From Paramecium tetraurelia (taxonomy: Eukaryota), in NCBI GenBank assembly GCA_000165425.1, contig CT868363.1, forward strand, positions 62,001 through 126,000: a stretch of DNA of 64,000 nt, written 5' to 3'. Below the pieces are notes generated by a model. It ran no database searches. It saw only the letters and a program-made list of their open reading frames with translations, and was not told the origin of the DNA. Positions 12,012 through 26,471 of this stretch are shown here, one piece after another. A program made the translations under genes and the position numbers. Within the stretch, counting starts at the first letter, position 1. Each line of letters starts with the position of its first letter.

Positions 12012-15000
12012 ATGCATAATTCAGAATCGTCGATGAATGAAATTGAAATACCTAGTCCTATGAGATAGAGCGACTCGCAACTCCAATCAGAAAGCGATGA
12101 TTTACTAATGCAAAGAGATTCGTACCCAAAAATTCAAAAAGCAGACTCTCACGAATCTCTAATTTCAGAACATCACATTTAACCAAAAAAATACAGAAAA
12201 ATAGTTTAAGCCTTAGACATAATTGGAATGCTTGGATTATTAACTTATTGCATTTTGATACAGTCCTATTACTCAACATTTTACTTGATATGCTTACTCC
12301 TCATATTGAATTACTCATACATCAGTAGTTACAAAGGTGTTCAAGTTAAAGATGGGAAACTGTATACATTGACTGAATTTGCATCCTAATAAGAATAGTT
12401 TCATAATACCAATTAAAATTAAGAGCAATTTGAAAATACATTCATAACCCAATATTGGTTGGTTCTTAATGATTTTAAGAAACCCATTTGGTAAAGTTTT
12501 GTTGTCGTTTCTGCATTCTCTTTAATTGTTAAGCTTGTGCTGTATCCCATAGCAAAAAATGGAGTAAAATTTAATCTAATATTGCAAGGGTTATAATATG
12601 ATGTCAATTGACAATTTCAGTGGACTAGAAGTCTATTTCACAGTTATCAAAGGCAAAGTCACTGTTTCCTCTGCAGAACAAGGTCTAGCATTTGCACCCA
12701 ATTGCATAATGTTGGCTTTGGCCATCGTCATTCTCACTTTCAGGAATGTACAAATGAAGCAAGAATTCCATGAATTAAAGGATAGTCCGATATTGACCAA
12801 ATTTTTTATTGTAAGTATTCGGCAATTAATAGTTAGCTATTGATGCTGCTTAATCTAATTGTTTTGACTTGTTGTACCAAATCTTTGATTGGCCTTATAA
12901 TGTGGGGGTTTTAATTAATATTGCTGTTGAGAATGTATTAGAATCAATTAGTAGAAAAAGTTTATTTTATCATTTTGAAAGTTGTACTCATGGTAATATT
13001 AGTGGTTATGTATTTCATCAGTACACCAATAAAGAAGGTTATTCTTTAAAATAATTAAGCAGCATCATTCACTTTATAGTTTACTGGGTTTTAGTTATTT
13101 GGATACTTTTCGAATTATGAAGCCCAAGCCATTCTATTTATTATCTTCTCGATTTTTGTACTAAATATGCTTTGCATCGTTAGCGAAAAGATTAAGACAC
13201 AGAGTCTCAAAGATCAGTTTAATCACACCATTGGTGAAATCTCCTAATAATATGAAGATTTTAAATAATTTGAAGTCTTGATTAAAAGCTAAATGGACAA
13301 CATTTCAGTAGACATCAATAATTCCCCTAAATTAAAGAAAAAAGGTGGAGAAGATGAGCTATCAGATTTTGAAGAAGAGAAGGATATTTCAGATCAAAAT
13401 TGTGATGAATAGGGTAAATCAAAGGACAACCCTAAACCAAATAGAATTTCTGAGTTCTTCCTGGATTAATAAGCTAATACTTCAATTTATTTTCATAAAA
13501 TAGAAAAAGCTTGGTATGATTCTTTGGAAAACATAAAAAATACCATTGATAAGCCACTAGTTTCATTAATTGTTTTACAAATCTTGTCACTATGCATAGT
13601 CATCCTCCAATAGACCTATTTTTCCATTTTGTTGGTGTGTTGGCTTATTTTAACAGGGTTTACATTAAATTTTAGGATAATTCGAATTGCTACAATATTT
13701 TGTAATATTCCTTCATTATTGATCAATTTTTTTACTTTCTATTACAGCAACATAACTGGATTAGATCGACCTAATAATTTCTATTAATTTTGTCCTTCCA
13801 GTGAATACAAAGCTTTAGATGAGTTACCAACAACAGTTTGTTAAAAACTCGGATTCTTTTATTAGGATAGTTCAGCTGTTAATTCAATTTTGATGAATTG
13901 TACTTTGTGTTTATTTTTTTTGTTCATCAAATAAATAGAAGAGCAGGAGGAAAAAGAAAAATAACTTCAATTTAAATCTAATTAAATAGAAGAAATGCCT
14001 AGATGGTTTAACATTTTCTTAGCATTTTTCTTCAGAATTGACTTTTTAATCATAATAATATTGTTATATTGGGTTGGATTTAATGAAATAAATATCATTT
14101 CGTTTATTATGATTCTCCTTTTGATAATTTTTATTGTTAATTAGTCAAGCAAATGCGATTATAGGGGGAAACGAATACCTTTTCAACAAAAATATTGGAT
14201 AATTCTCTTGGTTTATATGAGTTTCCTGACTTTTATAAAATATCTCTACATATTATTTGGAGTTTAGTAGAGTTATTTTGTAGTCTAAATAATTGGCCTA
14301 AATATGCTCAATAAGTAATTAGTGTTGAATTGGTTATTGTTTTATCTGACGATAATTCAATATTATGGATTTAATACTGCTATATATGATCAATATTCAA
14401 ATGTAAGACAAAAATCATATTTTAGAGATTAATAGCCACTATCTCCTAAGTTGAAAGTGTGAAGGGCAATCTCCCTAATTTCAGATATCATTTTGGAATT
14501 TTGGAAACAATGTATGGCCATTCATTGATATGGGCAGCCTATGTAGTCAATATCTGTTTCTTATTATTCACTCCCTACAGCTATCTAAATAATTTATTAC
14601 TCCTTTATATAGGCATCGTATTCTTGTATCATGTGAAGTCAATAAATTCTTAAATCAATTACATCAGATTAAGAACCTTGTGGTACATTTACATGTATTT
14701 TCTGCTGATCGCTTTTTCATATAGATATCTATTTTCATTTTTGTAATTATCCTTAAATTTATTAGATTAGTTGTGTTCCAGATTTGGATAATAAATCAAA
14801 ACTATTTTAAAAATTCTATGACAATCTCTAATTATATTATTAGGAAGCTGGTCTTTATGCCTATTCTACAGATAATTTAAGAATGGAATATTTGGCTGAC
14901 ACATTAAACATCTTGTTTGGTGCATTTGCGTTGAATTAATTGACAAAATTTAAGAATTTACAAATAAGCCAACATAATAAAAATTTGGGTGAATCTAGTT

Positions 15001-18000
15001 CATAGAATGTTCTAGATTTGAAGATATTAGATTAATATCAATGGCTTAAATATATTTTGATTGGAATTGCTCATCTAAATACTGATTTAATTACAATATA
15101 CATAGTCATTTCATGTGTTCTTTATCTAAGATCAATAGCTGCATTTATATTGTTAACCTTATATCTAAGTTATTTCTATCGAGTGCATAATACCATTTTG
15201 GATATGCTAGAACAGAAAAAAAGCTTGACAAAACTCCAAACATGTAAAATTTAATTATGATTTAGAAATTTATCTATTGAAGCAATTGTATCTATAGTTC
15301 GCTTCAGATATATCTCATATAGATGAACCTAAAAAAATTAGCAGATTGAATGATGAAATTAAATTGTTACGTTTAACAACTAGAATCAAACTGAAAAGAA
15401 AGATTTGGTTATATTCCTTTTATTTCACTGCCTTTTGTATTTTCCTCTCTTATTTATCTTAATTTTTATCAACTGAATCGTTTACAGAAAATATCAAATC
15501 TCCATTGTGGGTTGATTACACAGTGCTTAGCTTTTTTATTTTTGGAACATATTCAAGATAATATGTAATTACAAATTCATGCTACTGTGGTTATGAATCA
15601 AATAACAATGATTGTTAAGACACTGATTATGTTCAAACTGAATCAAATATGTGGTAGGTTTCATGGTTTTATTTGTTTCTATTGTTTGTTAATGTTATTG
15701 ATACTGCTTGCACAAAGATTTTAGAAGATGATTTAACTAAAAGTATAGAAAATCTACAAGAAACTTAGGAAATGAATAAAATTAAGGAATCAAGGATTCA
15801 AAATTAATCTTATGAAGAGAGCAAAGAAACATTTGATAAAAAATACGATTTTGTTGTTTTTGTTAAAAGTCATAGTTAATACAATTCATTTGACAGAGAA
15901 GTGATAATTTTGAATTACTTTACAAATAAAAGTAGATTTGTGAAGATTTTACTCAATGAATCATTATTCAAAATATTTTAAAGATTCCTTATTTTACTTT
16001 ACCTATCAAATACTTTGCTTGTTAATACTATATTTTCATTATTCTACTTGACCATATCTGTTATTTTGTTTTAAATGAGTGCTACAGTCAAAAATACTAA
16101 AATGTTAAATTCTATAGCAATATTCTCAATCCTATTTTAGTATTTCCTTTACCTATTGAATTGGACACCTTCAGAGAATGATATTCCTGAGTTCGACAAT
16201 TTTACTCTCTTGCCTTAAGATTTTAACATTATGGCTAAAACAAACTTATCTGATTATTGGTTGGCCTTCTTAGGTTTTGAAAGCACAGAAATCATGGATT
16301 GTGAATAACTCAAATAAAGTGTTTTTTCTAATATGAAGTGTGAGACTAATCAATTGCTAAACATTGTCATCGTGTTCAATTGTCTCATAGTGTCCTTTAT
16401 TTACCTGTATTTTTTAATGTTGGAATGGTTTTGTAATCAAATTTTTAAGCAATCTATTAAAATGAAGAATGAATTTATACTTTGCAAGAAAGTACTCAGT
16501 AATCACAGAGACAGTCAGATTATTATTACTTATAACTTATGGAGACAGAAGAATTATAGTTTTAGACATGTATTGATACAAACAATTACTATGAATTATC
16601 ATTTGATTCTCTTTGGATTTGTATTGTTATTGTGTGAAATGAATAGATCCATATTTAATCTTCTTCAATTACTTATAGTTATTGGGTTTTTATATGCTGC
16701 TGAATTCCATTTTCAATGGCCATATGCTTATACTGAAAGAAGAAAAATTAAAGCCTTCTATCAGGCAATATTCACCTTGTCTGCTGTTATCATTGCTTTA
16801 TTTACATTTTTGAAGGTTCCAACCTTTTTGGAATAATGTGTTAATGCTTCCTAAGTGAGAGTGGATGAAGGGAGTGGTTTGGAGTTTTATTGCATGGAGG
16901 CATTTAACTTAAAGATAGACGGACAGATATTCCTAATCTTTTTTATCTCTTTGTATTTTGATTTATAGATATCGAGTCACATGAGAACTACTTAAGACAA
17001 CTACTAATCTAAATTAACTTTAAGAGCAAGGATGGTTTCAAGAGGTCTTGCTTACAATTACAATTACATATAATACAAGAAAATATTGCAATTATAGGAA
17101 GAGAAAAACCTCTTAAATCAAATATCGGATACGATTGAATAGAAGATGATAATTTGGAAGAGAAGAGTTAGGGAAATATAGATGAAATAATTGGTAAAAG
17201 AAAAGTCACTTACCATTCAATAATAATAATAATATCCTTAATTGACCGCTAGCTTCATGACTGAACCAGATGTTTAAATACCGGATCATTAATCATTTTT
17301 TCGGAAAGTATACATAAAAATGATAATTTGGATGAGAAATGATAATTAATCCATCAAATTTATGCCATTTCACATTTTGATGGATTACATACTTTAATAG
17401 AATAAAAGATTGTAAAGACACATTTTCATAACAATTGAGAATCATCTCATGAATGAAACTAAAACTTATGAAGATGAGATGAGATCTCTTGAGAAAATAT
17501 ATAGAAGATTTTATCAGGAAATTGGTAAAAATAAAGATAAACTAAATGAAATGATTTTGGATAAGACTATTCAAAAAGCCATGGAGAAGTATAAGAAATT
17601 ATATAAACCTTTTAAGGGATAACAATATAATAAATATATTAACTAGTAGTAGTTAAACTACTAGTTAAGTAAGGAACTTAGATTTGTTCACATTATTGAT
17701 GAATAGGAGAGAATAGTTTTGGAGTAAACCAAATAGAAATATCCAATCAATAAATTAATATCAATGAAAACAATCAACCTATTTAGTTTATTTCTCCAGG
17801 ATCTATTTAAATATTGCATTATCAATTGGGATACAATAACAAATATCATTATTATTTGTTATTATTTCAAGAACTATGCTCTCTTTGGCATGCTCTTGCC
17901 GATAACCATGTTTGTTTGGGGATTAATAGATGTAAACTCTAAGATATTTTGGATGATTTCCTACTCATTATACTTCTTTATCATTTTAATGATATTTGTA

Positions 18001-20464
18001 GACTCAATGTATGGAGTGGTATACAATAAGTCAGATTAACCTAAATAGTATGTTCCATGGTATTACGTTTTAGATAACAGCAATACTTTTGGTTTGTTTT
18101 ATGAGATATTTACAATTTGGTTGATTACATTCTAGGTATTCTTGTAAAAGTCCTTTGGTATTTTTGATTATCCATTCACATTAATCGAAAATATCTTTTA
18201 AGGCTACATCAGATTAAAACTCAACAATTTTAATAAAGATATGGTAGAAGAGATAGTGTAAGAATCAGAAATATAAAGATCGAGATCTAAGTCAGAAATT
18301 GGTAGAATGGAGAATCCAGAAATCGAGAGAATTGAAGTAGAAAATTAATTATAGGGAAGATCTTTTTTGGAGAAGTCAGGATTGGAAGTTGAACCTGAGA
18401 GTATAATGTTATAAATTGGAAATGATTTAGAAAGAAAAATTGCAGCAAATCCTGAAATCATAAGTGATAAATACAAACCAGGATTTTTCGAGAAGATAAT
18501 GTCTTATGAGTATGCAAGACCAGGAGTAGATCTTTATTTATCTATTGCTTCTATTTAAGTAATCTTATTTTTGTATATGTTATTCTTTTTCAATTTTATG
18601 ACTGGAGAATCATAAAATATTGAAGGGTATTTAAAGTATAATGAAGTACCAGCTTAATTAGTATTGGCATTAGTATTTTAAATGTTATTTATGATGGTTG
18701 AGAGATATATTGAATTAAGAGGAGACTAAAAGTATATTAATTCTCAAGAAAGAGCTGTGTTTAAAAATAAATACAAAACATAATTTGTTTAAAAGTATGT
18801 ATTATAAGTATTGATTCTAACTTTGGTATTCTTATTTGTTTATTGCTATTTGTTGTAACTTTGGAACAGAAATATCAATGACTACAAAGACTACGATACA
18901 TCTATTGTAATATATTTTCTGTTATTTTGTGCCTATTTTTATTTATCTGCCCTTTAACTTAGATATGGATATAGAGAATTGAAGGTTAGGAATCAATTTT
19001 TGTATGTCTATAATTCACTTAGCTATTATTTTGCATTAGTATTATACTCAATTCCATTTTTATATGATTTAAAGGTATTGATGGATTGGACCTGCTTATA
19101 TACATCACTTGATATCTACTAATGGTTTATCCTAGAGGATATTTAAAGATAAATGTTTTTCACTAAAATTTCTTCACAAAAGGTAATGAAAAGACAATTA
19201 GGCCTAGAAATATCAAAGATAAGCAAATTAATTTTCTTTTTCTTTGTTATTTTCATTTTAATTTGTATCTTAGGTCCTTTGATTTTGTTTTCTGCCCTCA
19301 ATCCTGCTGCATAGAACAACCCTATTGTCAGTGGAAGTTTCACAATTAATTTAGTTAATGTGGACACCAACTTAAACGTTTAATTTTATGAATCCAGCCA
19401 ATTGTTTGGATTAGAATTACCTTTTTTAACTGATTACTCTGAAATCAAAGAACTGACCAAATAATAAAAAATAACGCAATAATAAATAGATAATTCAGGG
19501 GGAATCTAAAGATTTTAATTATCAGATTTTTCAAATTAGAAATGGCAGGTCTCGCTTCCCCTTTATAATTAATTGATTAGAGAATTGAATCAAACCATAA
19601 CCCTGGATGAAAAATACCATTTTTTGTTTAACGTGACTTTTACCTTTAGAAGACGTTTCTAATTTATCCTGCCTTCTATGTATAAATTTTCATATCCTTA
19701 TAATCCTCTAATAAATGGAGAAAATGGGACAGTAGGATTAGGATTGGATCAACTAAAATACATTAGGAATGCCGCCATGGCTTGTAATACTTCAGGAGTC
19801 ATGTTACCCAATTTCTACATAGAGGCTCTGAGAATTTACTAAAGTTCTGCAACAAATTATAACACTACACCTATTTATGGAAAGGATATTCCAACTGCAT
19901 AGGATGTTTTCTTGAATATTAACTGTTCTTATGGAAATACAAATCCTCTTCAAGGAGTTTCAAATTGGGAATTTCAGTATGCTGGAAATAGTAGCTTATT
20001 TTTGAACTCATCAAATTTAACTTTGCCTGATGGATTATTATATTTTGTAATCTGTGATAATTACTCTGTCTTAACATATGGATTAAGTGTTATCACTATT
20101 TACACAACAGTCATTCTTCTAATAGCTAAGTTCATTAGAAGCACATTCTCTTCGCAAGTATTTATGTTGGAGTTTACATAAATGGTTTAACCAGATGATC
20201 TATTATCAATATGTTAAGCTGTATCTGTAGCCAGATAGCTATAAAACTATAGAAAGTACGCTATATCTTTTTATATAATTTAGAGAAAATTTGTTATATT
20301 TTGAGTTGATTGATATTCTGCGATCTCCAGAATTAGTGAAAGCAATGACAGGTGCTTGGTCAGAAAAGTTTGACTCCTAATAGAACAACTAAAAAGATGT
20401 TAATGTCAAAGTCTTGTAAAATTAGAAACAGCATAATGAAGAATCTAAATTAAAGTAAGACTGA
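12012..20464 (+). CDS. PIEZO: Piezo mechanosensitive channel
   Basis: About 8.4 kb multi-TM gene with ALQLRYGY, PFLYDLKVLMDWTC..TSL..WF.LEDI and a C-terminal inner helix ITIYTTVILLIAKFIR..LYFELIDILRSPE. Confidence 0.93.
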
Positions 20465-20814
20465 TTGTCTTTATTATATTATTTACCTAATTTTTTACTA
20501 ATTTATTTTAAATTTAAAGGAGTTTTTTGATGTCTTACTTGAGAATGTCAGAGGATTTTCTCAAAGTAAAAAGGGGATATCGCAAAATAATTCATTGAAA
20601 TTCCATCCTGTAAATTAATTTGGTTAATCTTAAAATAACAAAGTCTTTATTCCTGTATCTTGAAATATTCAGACTAAATTTTACATTTGGGGTTAAATTC
20701 TATTCATATATTATAAAATAATTATATTATAGATCTCCTTTAGCTTTTGAATAATTTATAAGAAAGAATTGTAAAATTATTAATGAGCTTTTTAAAATAT
20801 TAAAGTTTTTAATA

Positions 20815-21882
20815 ATGTCACAGATTTCAAAATATTAATTGCAAGGAAAGGTTGGATCTGGGGTTTATGGAGATGTTTATAAGGCTATCAATACATAAAC
20901 GGGAAAGATTGTTGCGATCAAGAAGATTAAAAAGCAAGTTCCCTATTAAAATTTATATGATAGTAATAAGATTAAGGGATATCTGCTGTGGCTTTGAGGG
21001 AAACATCGATATTGCAGACAGTCCAATGTGAAAATATCGTAAAGTAAGAATTATATATAAAAATAGGTTGATTGAAATTGAATATGTCTAGGGGTGCATT
21101 AGATTGGTGATGGAATTCTATGATGTCGATTTGGATGCATATCTGAAATAAAATAGATTGGAGATCAATAAGATTTAAGTAAGATGTGAATATATTGAGA
21201 ATAGGAAATTTTATATGGTATCCTCAAGGGGATGAATGAATGCCATAAGAAGAAATGCATGCACAGAGACTTGAAGCCCCAGAACATTTTAATTAGTAAG
21301 GAAGGTATTTAGAAAACTAATTTCTCAGGTAAAGTTAAAATTGGAGATTTTGGAATGGCTCGATCTTTCCAACAAGTGCCTGGATCCTACACATATGAAG
21401 TGATCACACTTTGGTATAGGCCACCGGAGTTATTGCTTAAAACTACTGGTTATACAACAGCGATAGATGTTTGGTCTATTGGATGCATATTTGCTCAAAT
21501 GGTACTAAGGGCACCTTTATTTGCTGGGGACAGTGAGATATAACAGATGAAATTGATATGCGAAAACATATCGTTGAATTAGGATAATGCATAAGTTTTA
21601 TCTGTATCTCAATATGATTAAGTTTTAGAATTCTATATTTTAAAATTAATTGGAACAGAAATTGGATTTGAAATTTGCAAATACATGTATAACTTAAGAT
21701 GGTTTGGATTTGTTAAAGAAATTATTATAATTGAATCCAGCCAATAGGATTTCTTGTCATGAAGCTCTAAGACATGTATTGATTACATAATATTCAAGCC
21801 ATTCTTTAATAATTTCCAAGAGCCAGATGAAATCAATTAAAATATGGATATATTGTCATAGTATTTTAGGGTTTAATAATGA
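20815..21882 (+). CDS. Cyclin-dependent kinase (CMGC), SAVALRE variant
   Basis: [57 protein letters not shown]; several tiny introns. Confidence 0.9.
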
Positions 21883-22489
21883 TGAAGAAATTTGGTTTCA
21901 ATTAAGGATGATTCCTTAAATTAAATAATTCAATTATCCAAATATATTAATATATAAAATATATTAAAAACAAGAATTGCTTGTTGAAAGATCTTCAAAT
22001 ACCAAAGGAATGATGTGGACTCAAATATTAATATATAAATATAATTTAAGCAATAGTATTAGTTTCATATGACTTAGGATTTATTTTAATTAATTTAAAA
22101 ATTATTTATTTTTTAAACTTGAATCTAAATTTTTAATCTTAGTAAAAAAAGTCTATATAAAATGAGTTTTGGTGTTTTAAGAATATACTTTGTAAACACA
22201 CTTATTAGATCTAATATTAATAAAATCAGATAATTTAATGTGAATTACAATGGTTTGAGTAAACATTTTATCTGCCAACCTTATAAAAGTAAATAGAAGC
22301 TTTATTATTAAATGGTTGCTATGAGTGCAGGGGTGCAATATATGGGAAAAATGGGATAGACATTTAGGTTTTGGCTATATGAATAAGGTGTATATTAATA
22401 TTCTACACCACAAATGCGGGAGTTTGAGATTCTAATTATTTAACTTGAAAGCTAATTAAATATGACTTTATTAATAAATATTTTAATAA

Positions 22490-23175
22490 ATGGCTGCCAC
22501 TCTTGATTAAATAAAAAAAGAAATAATTGCCTAGTAGGAGGCTTAGAATGGAGAATTAGAAGATTTAGATATTGAGGGAATCGCAATCGGTCAATTTGAT
22601 AATCAATCAGCAAATCTTATTCAATAACATTAGAATCTCATTAGTTTGAGTCTTGTTGAATGTTAACTCAAAAACTTAGAGGGATTCCCTAAATTGAATA
22701 ATTTGGAAAATCTAATTTTGGAGTCAAATCAATTAGATGGAACAGCTATATCTTACATCAGCAAAAATTTCAAGAAATTAGCATGTTTAAGTCTTGCAGA
22801 TAATAAAATTTAAAAATTTGAAGTAAGATATCACCATTAATTCATAGGATGTGGAGCCATTGAAATAACTTAAGTAATTACAACAGTTGGATTTGGCTGA
22901 CAATCCAATTACGCACCTTCCTGGATACTTCAATAAAATTTTTGAGCTCATTCCATCTTTGTCAGTTTTGGATAACAAGGATAAGGACGGATAAGAAATT
23001 GAAATCTCTGTAATACTAATTTCTATCAATTGATTAGAGTGGTGAAGATGAAGGTGATGAATCTGATTTGGGAGGTAAAGTAGGAGATGAAGATGACGAG
23101 GATGAATTTGATGAAGATGAGGATGATGAAGATGATGAATCTGATGTTAAACCAGTCAAGAAGACTAAGAAATGA
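22490..23175 (+). CDS. ANP32: ANP32/LANP-like acidic leucine-rich nuclear protein
   Basis: LRRs (LKNLEGFPKLNNLENLILESNQL; LDLADNPI), LRR cap (YFNKIFELIPSLSVLD), acidic tail, terminal KPVKKTKK NLS. Confidence 0.85.
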
Positions 23176-23230
23176 AGTTTATTTGTTCTTTATGTTCATT
23201 TATAAAATAAGTTTTATAATATTTTAAATA

Positions 23231-23821
23231 ATGATAAAAAATTAAGGAGCAGTGTCAGAAGGCATTGAGTAGAAATTTAATAACAAGATCAAATCATTGT
23301 AGAGTTAGCAAACTGATCCCTTTATTATCGTCAATGGAAATGTGTAAAATATAGATTACAATGACGACATAAAAAGAGAGAAGGCATTCTATGAATTTGC
23401 ATTAAGCAACTTGAATAAATTTAAAAATAGCAATTAAAATATCTAATTCACCAGAATTGATTAGCAATTTTTATTTAAGCAAATAGGAGAAGTTATTGTA
23501 AATCCTATTGTTAAATCTGCAGTTCATGTTAAGAATGTAGAAGAGAAGGAATTGAATTAACAAGGAAAGAAAATTTAAACACTTCTTACTGCAAAAAAAT
23601 CAAATAAATAAAAACATGAAAAAATTATAGAAGAAATAAGAAAGGCAATGAAAAAAAAACCAGTTGATGAAATAGATAAGGATGAAATTTAAGAAATTGA
23701 GCAAAAATAAAAGCCAATAAATAATTTAAAAAAGAACATTAAGAAGAAGAAAACAAAAAGACTTGGAAAATTAGCCAGATTGCACAAAAGGTTAAAAATA
23801 AACAGTAGAAAATAAAAATGA
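23231..23821 (+). CDS. Divergent EBP2-like rRNA-processing protein
   Basis: NDDIKREKAFY motif characteristic of Ebp2; very basic C-terminus. Confidence 0.65.
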
Positions 23822-24591
23822 TTCAGGATATTTATTTATTTTATTTCATTTTTCAATCATAAACAACAATAAGAGTATTTATTTATCATTTTAATAAGTA
23901 AATCATAATAATATCAATATCATTTTAATATAAGTCATAAAGGATAAATAAATTAATAATTATTTATTAACCATTTTCATTACATAAGTTTTGATTCTTA
24001 ATTTTACATCATATTTATAAATAGTTAAGTTTTGTTTATATATAACCTGGAGTTAAATATTAGCAAGTTGTAGATATTTCCTAATAAAAAATTTTTGAAG
24101 TTCTTTTTGAAATTCAATGCTTTCTTTAAATACCACTTATGAATTAATGATTCAAATTATAGTCTTTAAATTGAAATATTTAGTTCTTATTATCATTTAT
24201 ACCCTCCATTCTCATTAAAAAGGGGGAAATTATTAAGTGTAAATTATGTATCTTTGCTTTAACAAGATGATAAAACTTATTATGCAGCTCCGTGCTAGCT
24301 TATTTTAGATATTATAATCACGATTCTGATTCATTATTAAATTTCAAACCCCTTAAAATAATACAAGTCTCTTGCTCCATATTTTAAATATTGATCAAGG
24401 TGTGAAATGTTATTCAAAAAAATAAAAACAAAATATTCATAAAATATTTCAAACATTCGAAGTTAAAAGGATGTAGTTTTAGAAACTAAAGAAGAATGAA
24501 ATAGAAAATCAGGAAAATTCAACCTTTTCTTATTGAAATTGAAAATAATTAAAATTGATTAATGTATTATTTGTATTGTATGTGTGTATTT

Positions 24592-25025
24592 TCAAGCTCT
24601 GTTTGGATAGAGGAATACTCTGAGGGTTGATCCGATAGCTCTTGGTGGAAGATTTTTGCCAAAATGAGCAATCACAACTCCATTTGATCCATGTGATCTA
24701 CTAATACGACCCCAAATAGTCTGAATTAAATTAATTCATACTCTGAACTTTGTGTTGCTCTTAAGTGTGTGGGCCTTATAAATGTATGCAACTCTCTTTC
24801 CCCAGTAGAATCTGCTTGAAGCAACATCTTCCACATGTTGAATTTTGAGCAATGCTTAATTCTCATTTTATTAAACCTTTGATCTTCTGAAACCTGTGAA
24901 TGCAGCCTTAACCCATAATCTACATTTAGTATTCAACTCTACCTTGCTGGTGCACTTTTATTGGTTGTCTTAACTTTCTTAACTGTTTTTGTTGCTTCCT
25001 TCTTTTAATCAGCTTGGCCCTTCAT
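24592..25025 (-). CDS. RPL35A: 60S ribosomal protein L35a (eL33)
   Basis: LWVKAAFTGFRRS..FYWGKRVAYIYKA..IWGRISRSHGSNGVV..NLPPRAIGSTLRVFLYP; two introns. Confidence 0.97.
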
Positions 25026-25124
25026 TAATTAAAATCTTTGTTATTTTTTTATTTAAAAATTAAACCATAATACTCATAATATATATTGAGTAGTTAGCAC
25101 ATCTCATAAATATAGATATAAATT

Positions 25125-26439
25125 TCATTTACTTAAGTAATTTGAAATAGATGTACTTATTTATTAAGGGAATCCTTTTTATACTCCCATCTAAAATTCA
25201 CTATAATTTAAACCATATTAAAATCTAAGAACTATTTTTTATGAATTTGAAACAATGCGCAATCATATTCTACAGAATAGATTTAGTCTCCAATATAATC
25301 ATTTTAGATTAATTGCTCAGATAAGTTATTTCTTGAGTCTAACTCTATTGGTCAACATAATATATTTTGATTCTTCAAACTGCCCTTATATCCCATAAAC
25401 AGATAGACTTATCATAACTACCAGATACTAATGTAGTAGCGTCAGAAGAAGCAGTCTGATCTGAAATAATTACTAGATCAATTTTTTATTTATCTTAGTT
25501 TTTCATTTGATTTCTTTAATCACAATGCTTCAATTGATTAATTCACCAACAACTATTCTCAGCCATGATATTTTCTTTAGTTTATTTTAGAATTCATATA
25601 GGAGTGTGACCACATCTATAGGAAATTTTATCAATATATTAGATTATAATAAATTAATTGATAGATATATTTACTATCATTTTCGAGTGTTGTTTGCTGA
25701 TGCAATTCTAATGCTTCTTGTTCCTCTTTCTGGACGATTAGCATAAAGATCAAGATTCTCTTTTTTCAAATCTTTTATTTATTTTTTTAATCTTTCCACT
25801 TATTAACTCAATTAGAATTCTGAATAAGGGACATTAGTTTTGCTCTGTAACTTTTGCTTTTCTAAATTGTTAATAGACTAAAATTCTATCATAAATTTAA
25901 TTACATTTTATAATTTTTACTATTCGAATTGCCTAACAGCCCATACTTTATTCAATTCAAAAAGAAGCAGTTAAATTTACTTATCACCTAAATAATCGCT
26001 ATCTTTATATTTTTCTCTAAATTGATGAGCTATTTCAAAAGCCTTTTGAGGAACCCACAATAAACATTCAGGGAGGTCTGAATTTTGTGTTTCTAAAGAG
26101 CTAAGAAATCTCAAATCTTTATTTTAACTACCTAATAAGGTTATAAGTCTTTGATTGTCTGTTCTTAAGTGTTCGACTTCAATCATAAAAGTTGCTGTTG
26201 CTTAAATTAAGATGATTACCTTCTTTTTACTAAGTAAACTTCAAATCGTCATTTTAATCTTTGAGAATTTTAATGTGATGATTTAGCTTGTGATTTTGAG
26301 ATTACAATTCTTTGATTTCTTTTTATAGGTCTTCAACCTTTTGTTAGAGTGCGAATGATGTAGCCTACAATTCAGCAATTTAACCTTGTTGTGACTCTAT
26401 CTAACTGTTAGCCCTCTTTTTGCTGGCTTAAAAGTTCAT
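25125..26439 (-). CDS. Coiled-coil hypothetical protein
   Basis: MNFQASKKRANSQIESQQGQIAELQ... heptads; internal LWVPQKAFEIAHQF block; tiny introns. Confidence 0.65.
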
Positions 26440-26471
26440 AAATTAAAGTTGTTATAATTAAAATTAATAAA

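Noticed and set aside
22162..22506. Open frame of about 115 codons upstream of ANP32
   Set aside because: Overlaps the ANP32 start and has no motif; such frames arise easily with a single stop codon.
25026..25120. Shared promoter motif between RPL35A and RPS19
   Set aside because: Only generic AT-rich matches; nothing distinctive.
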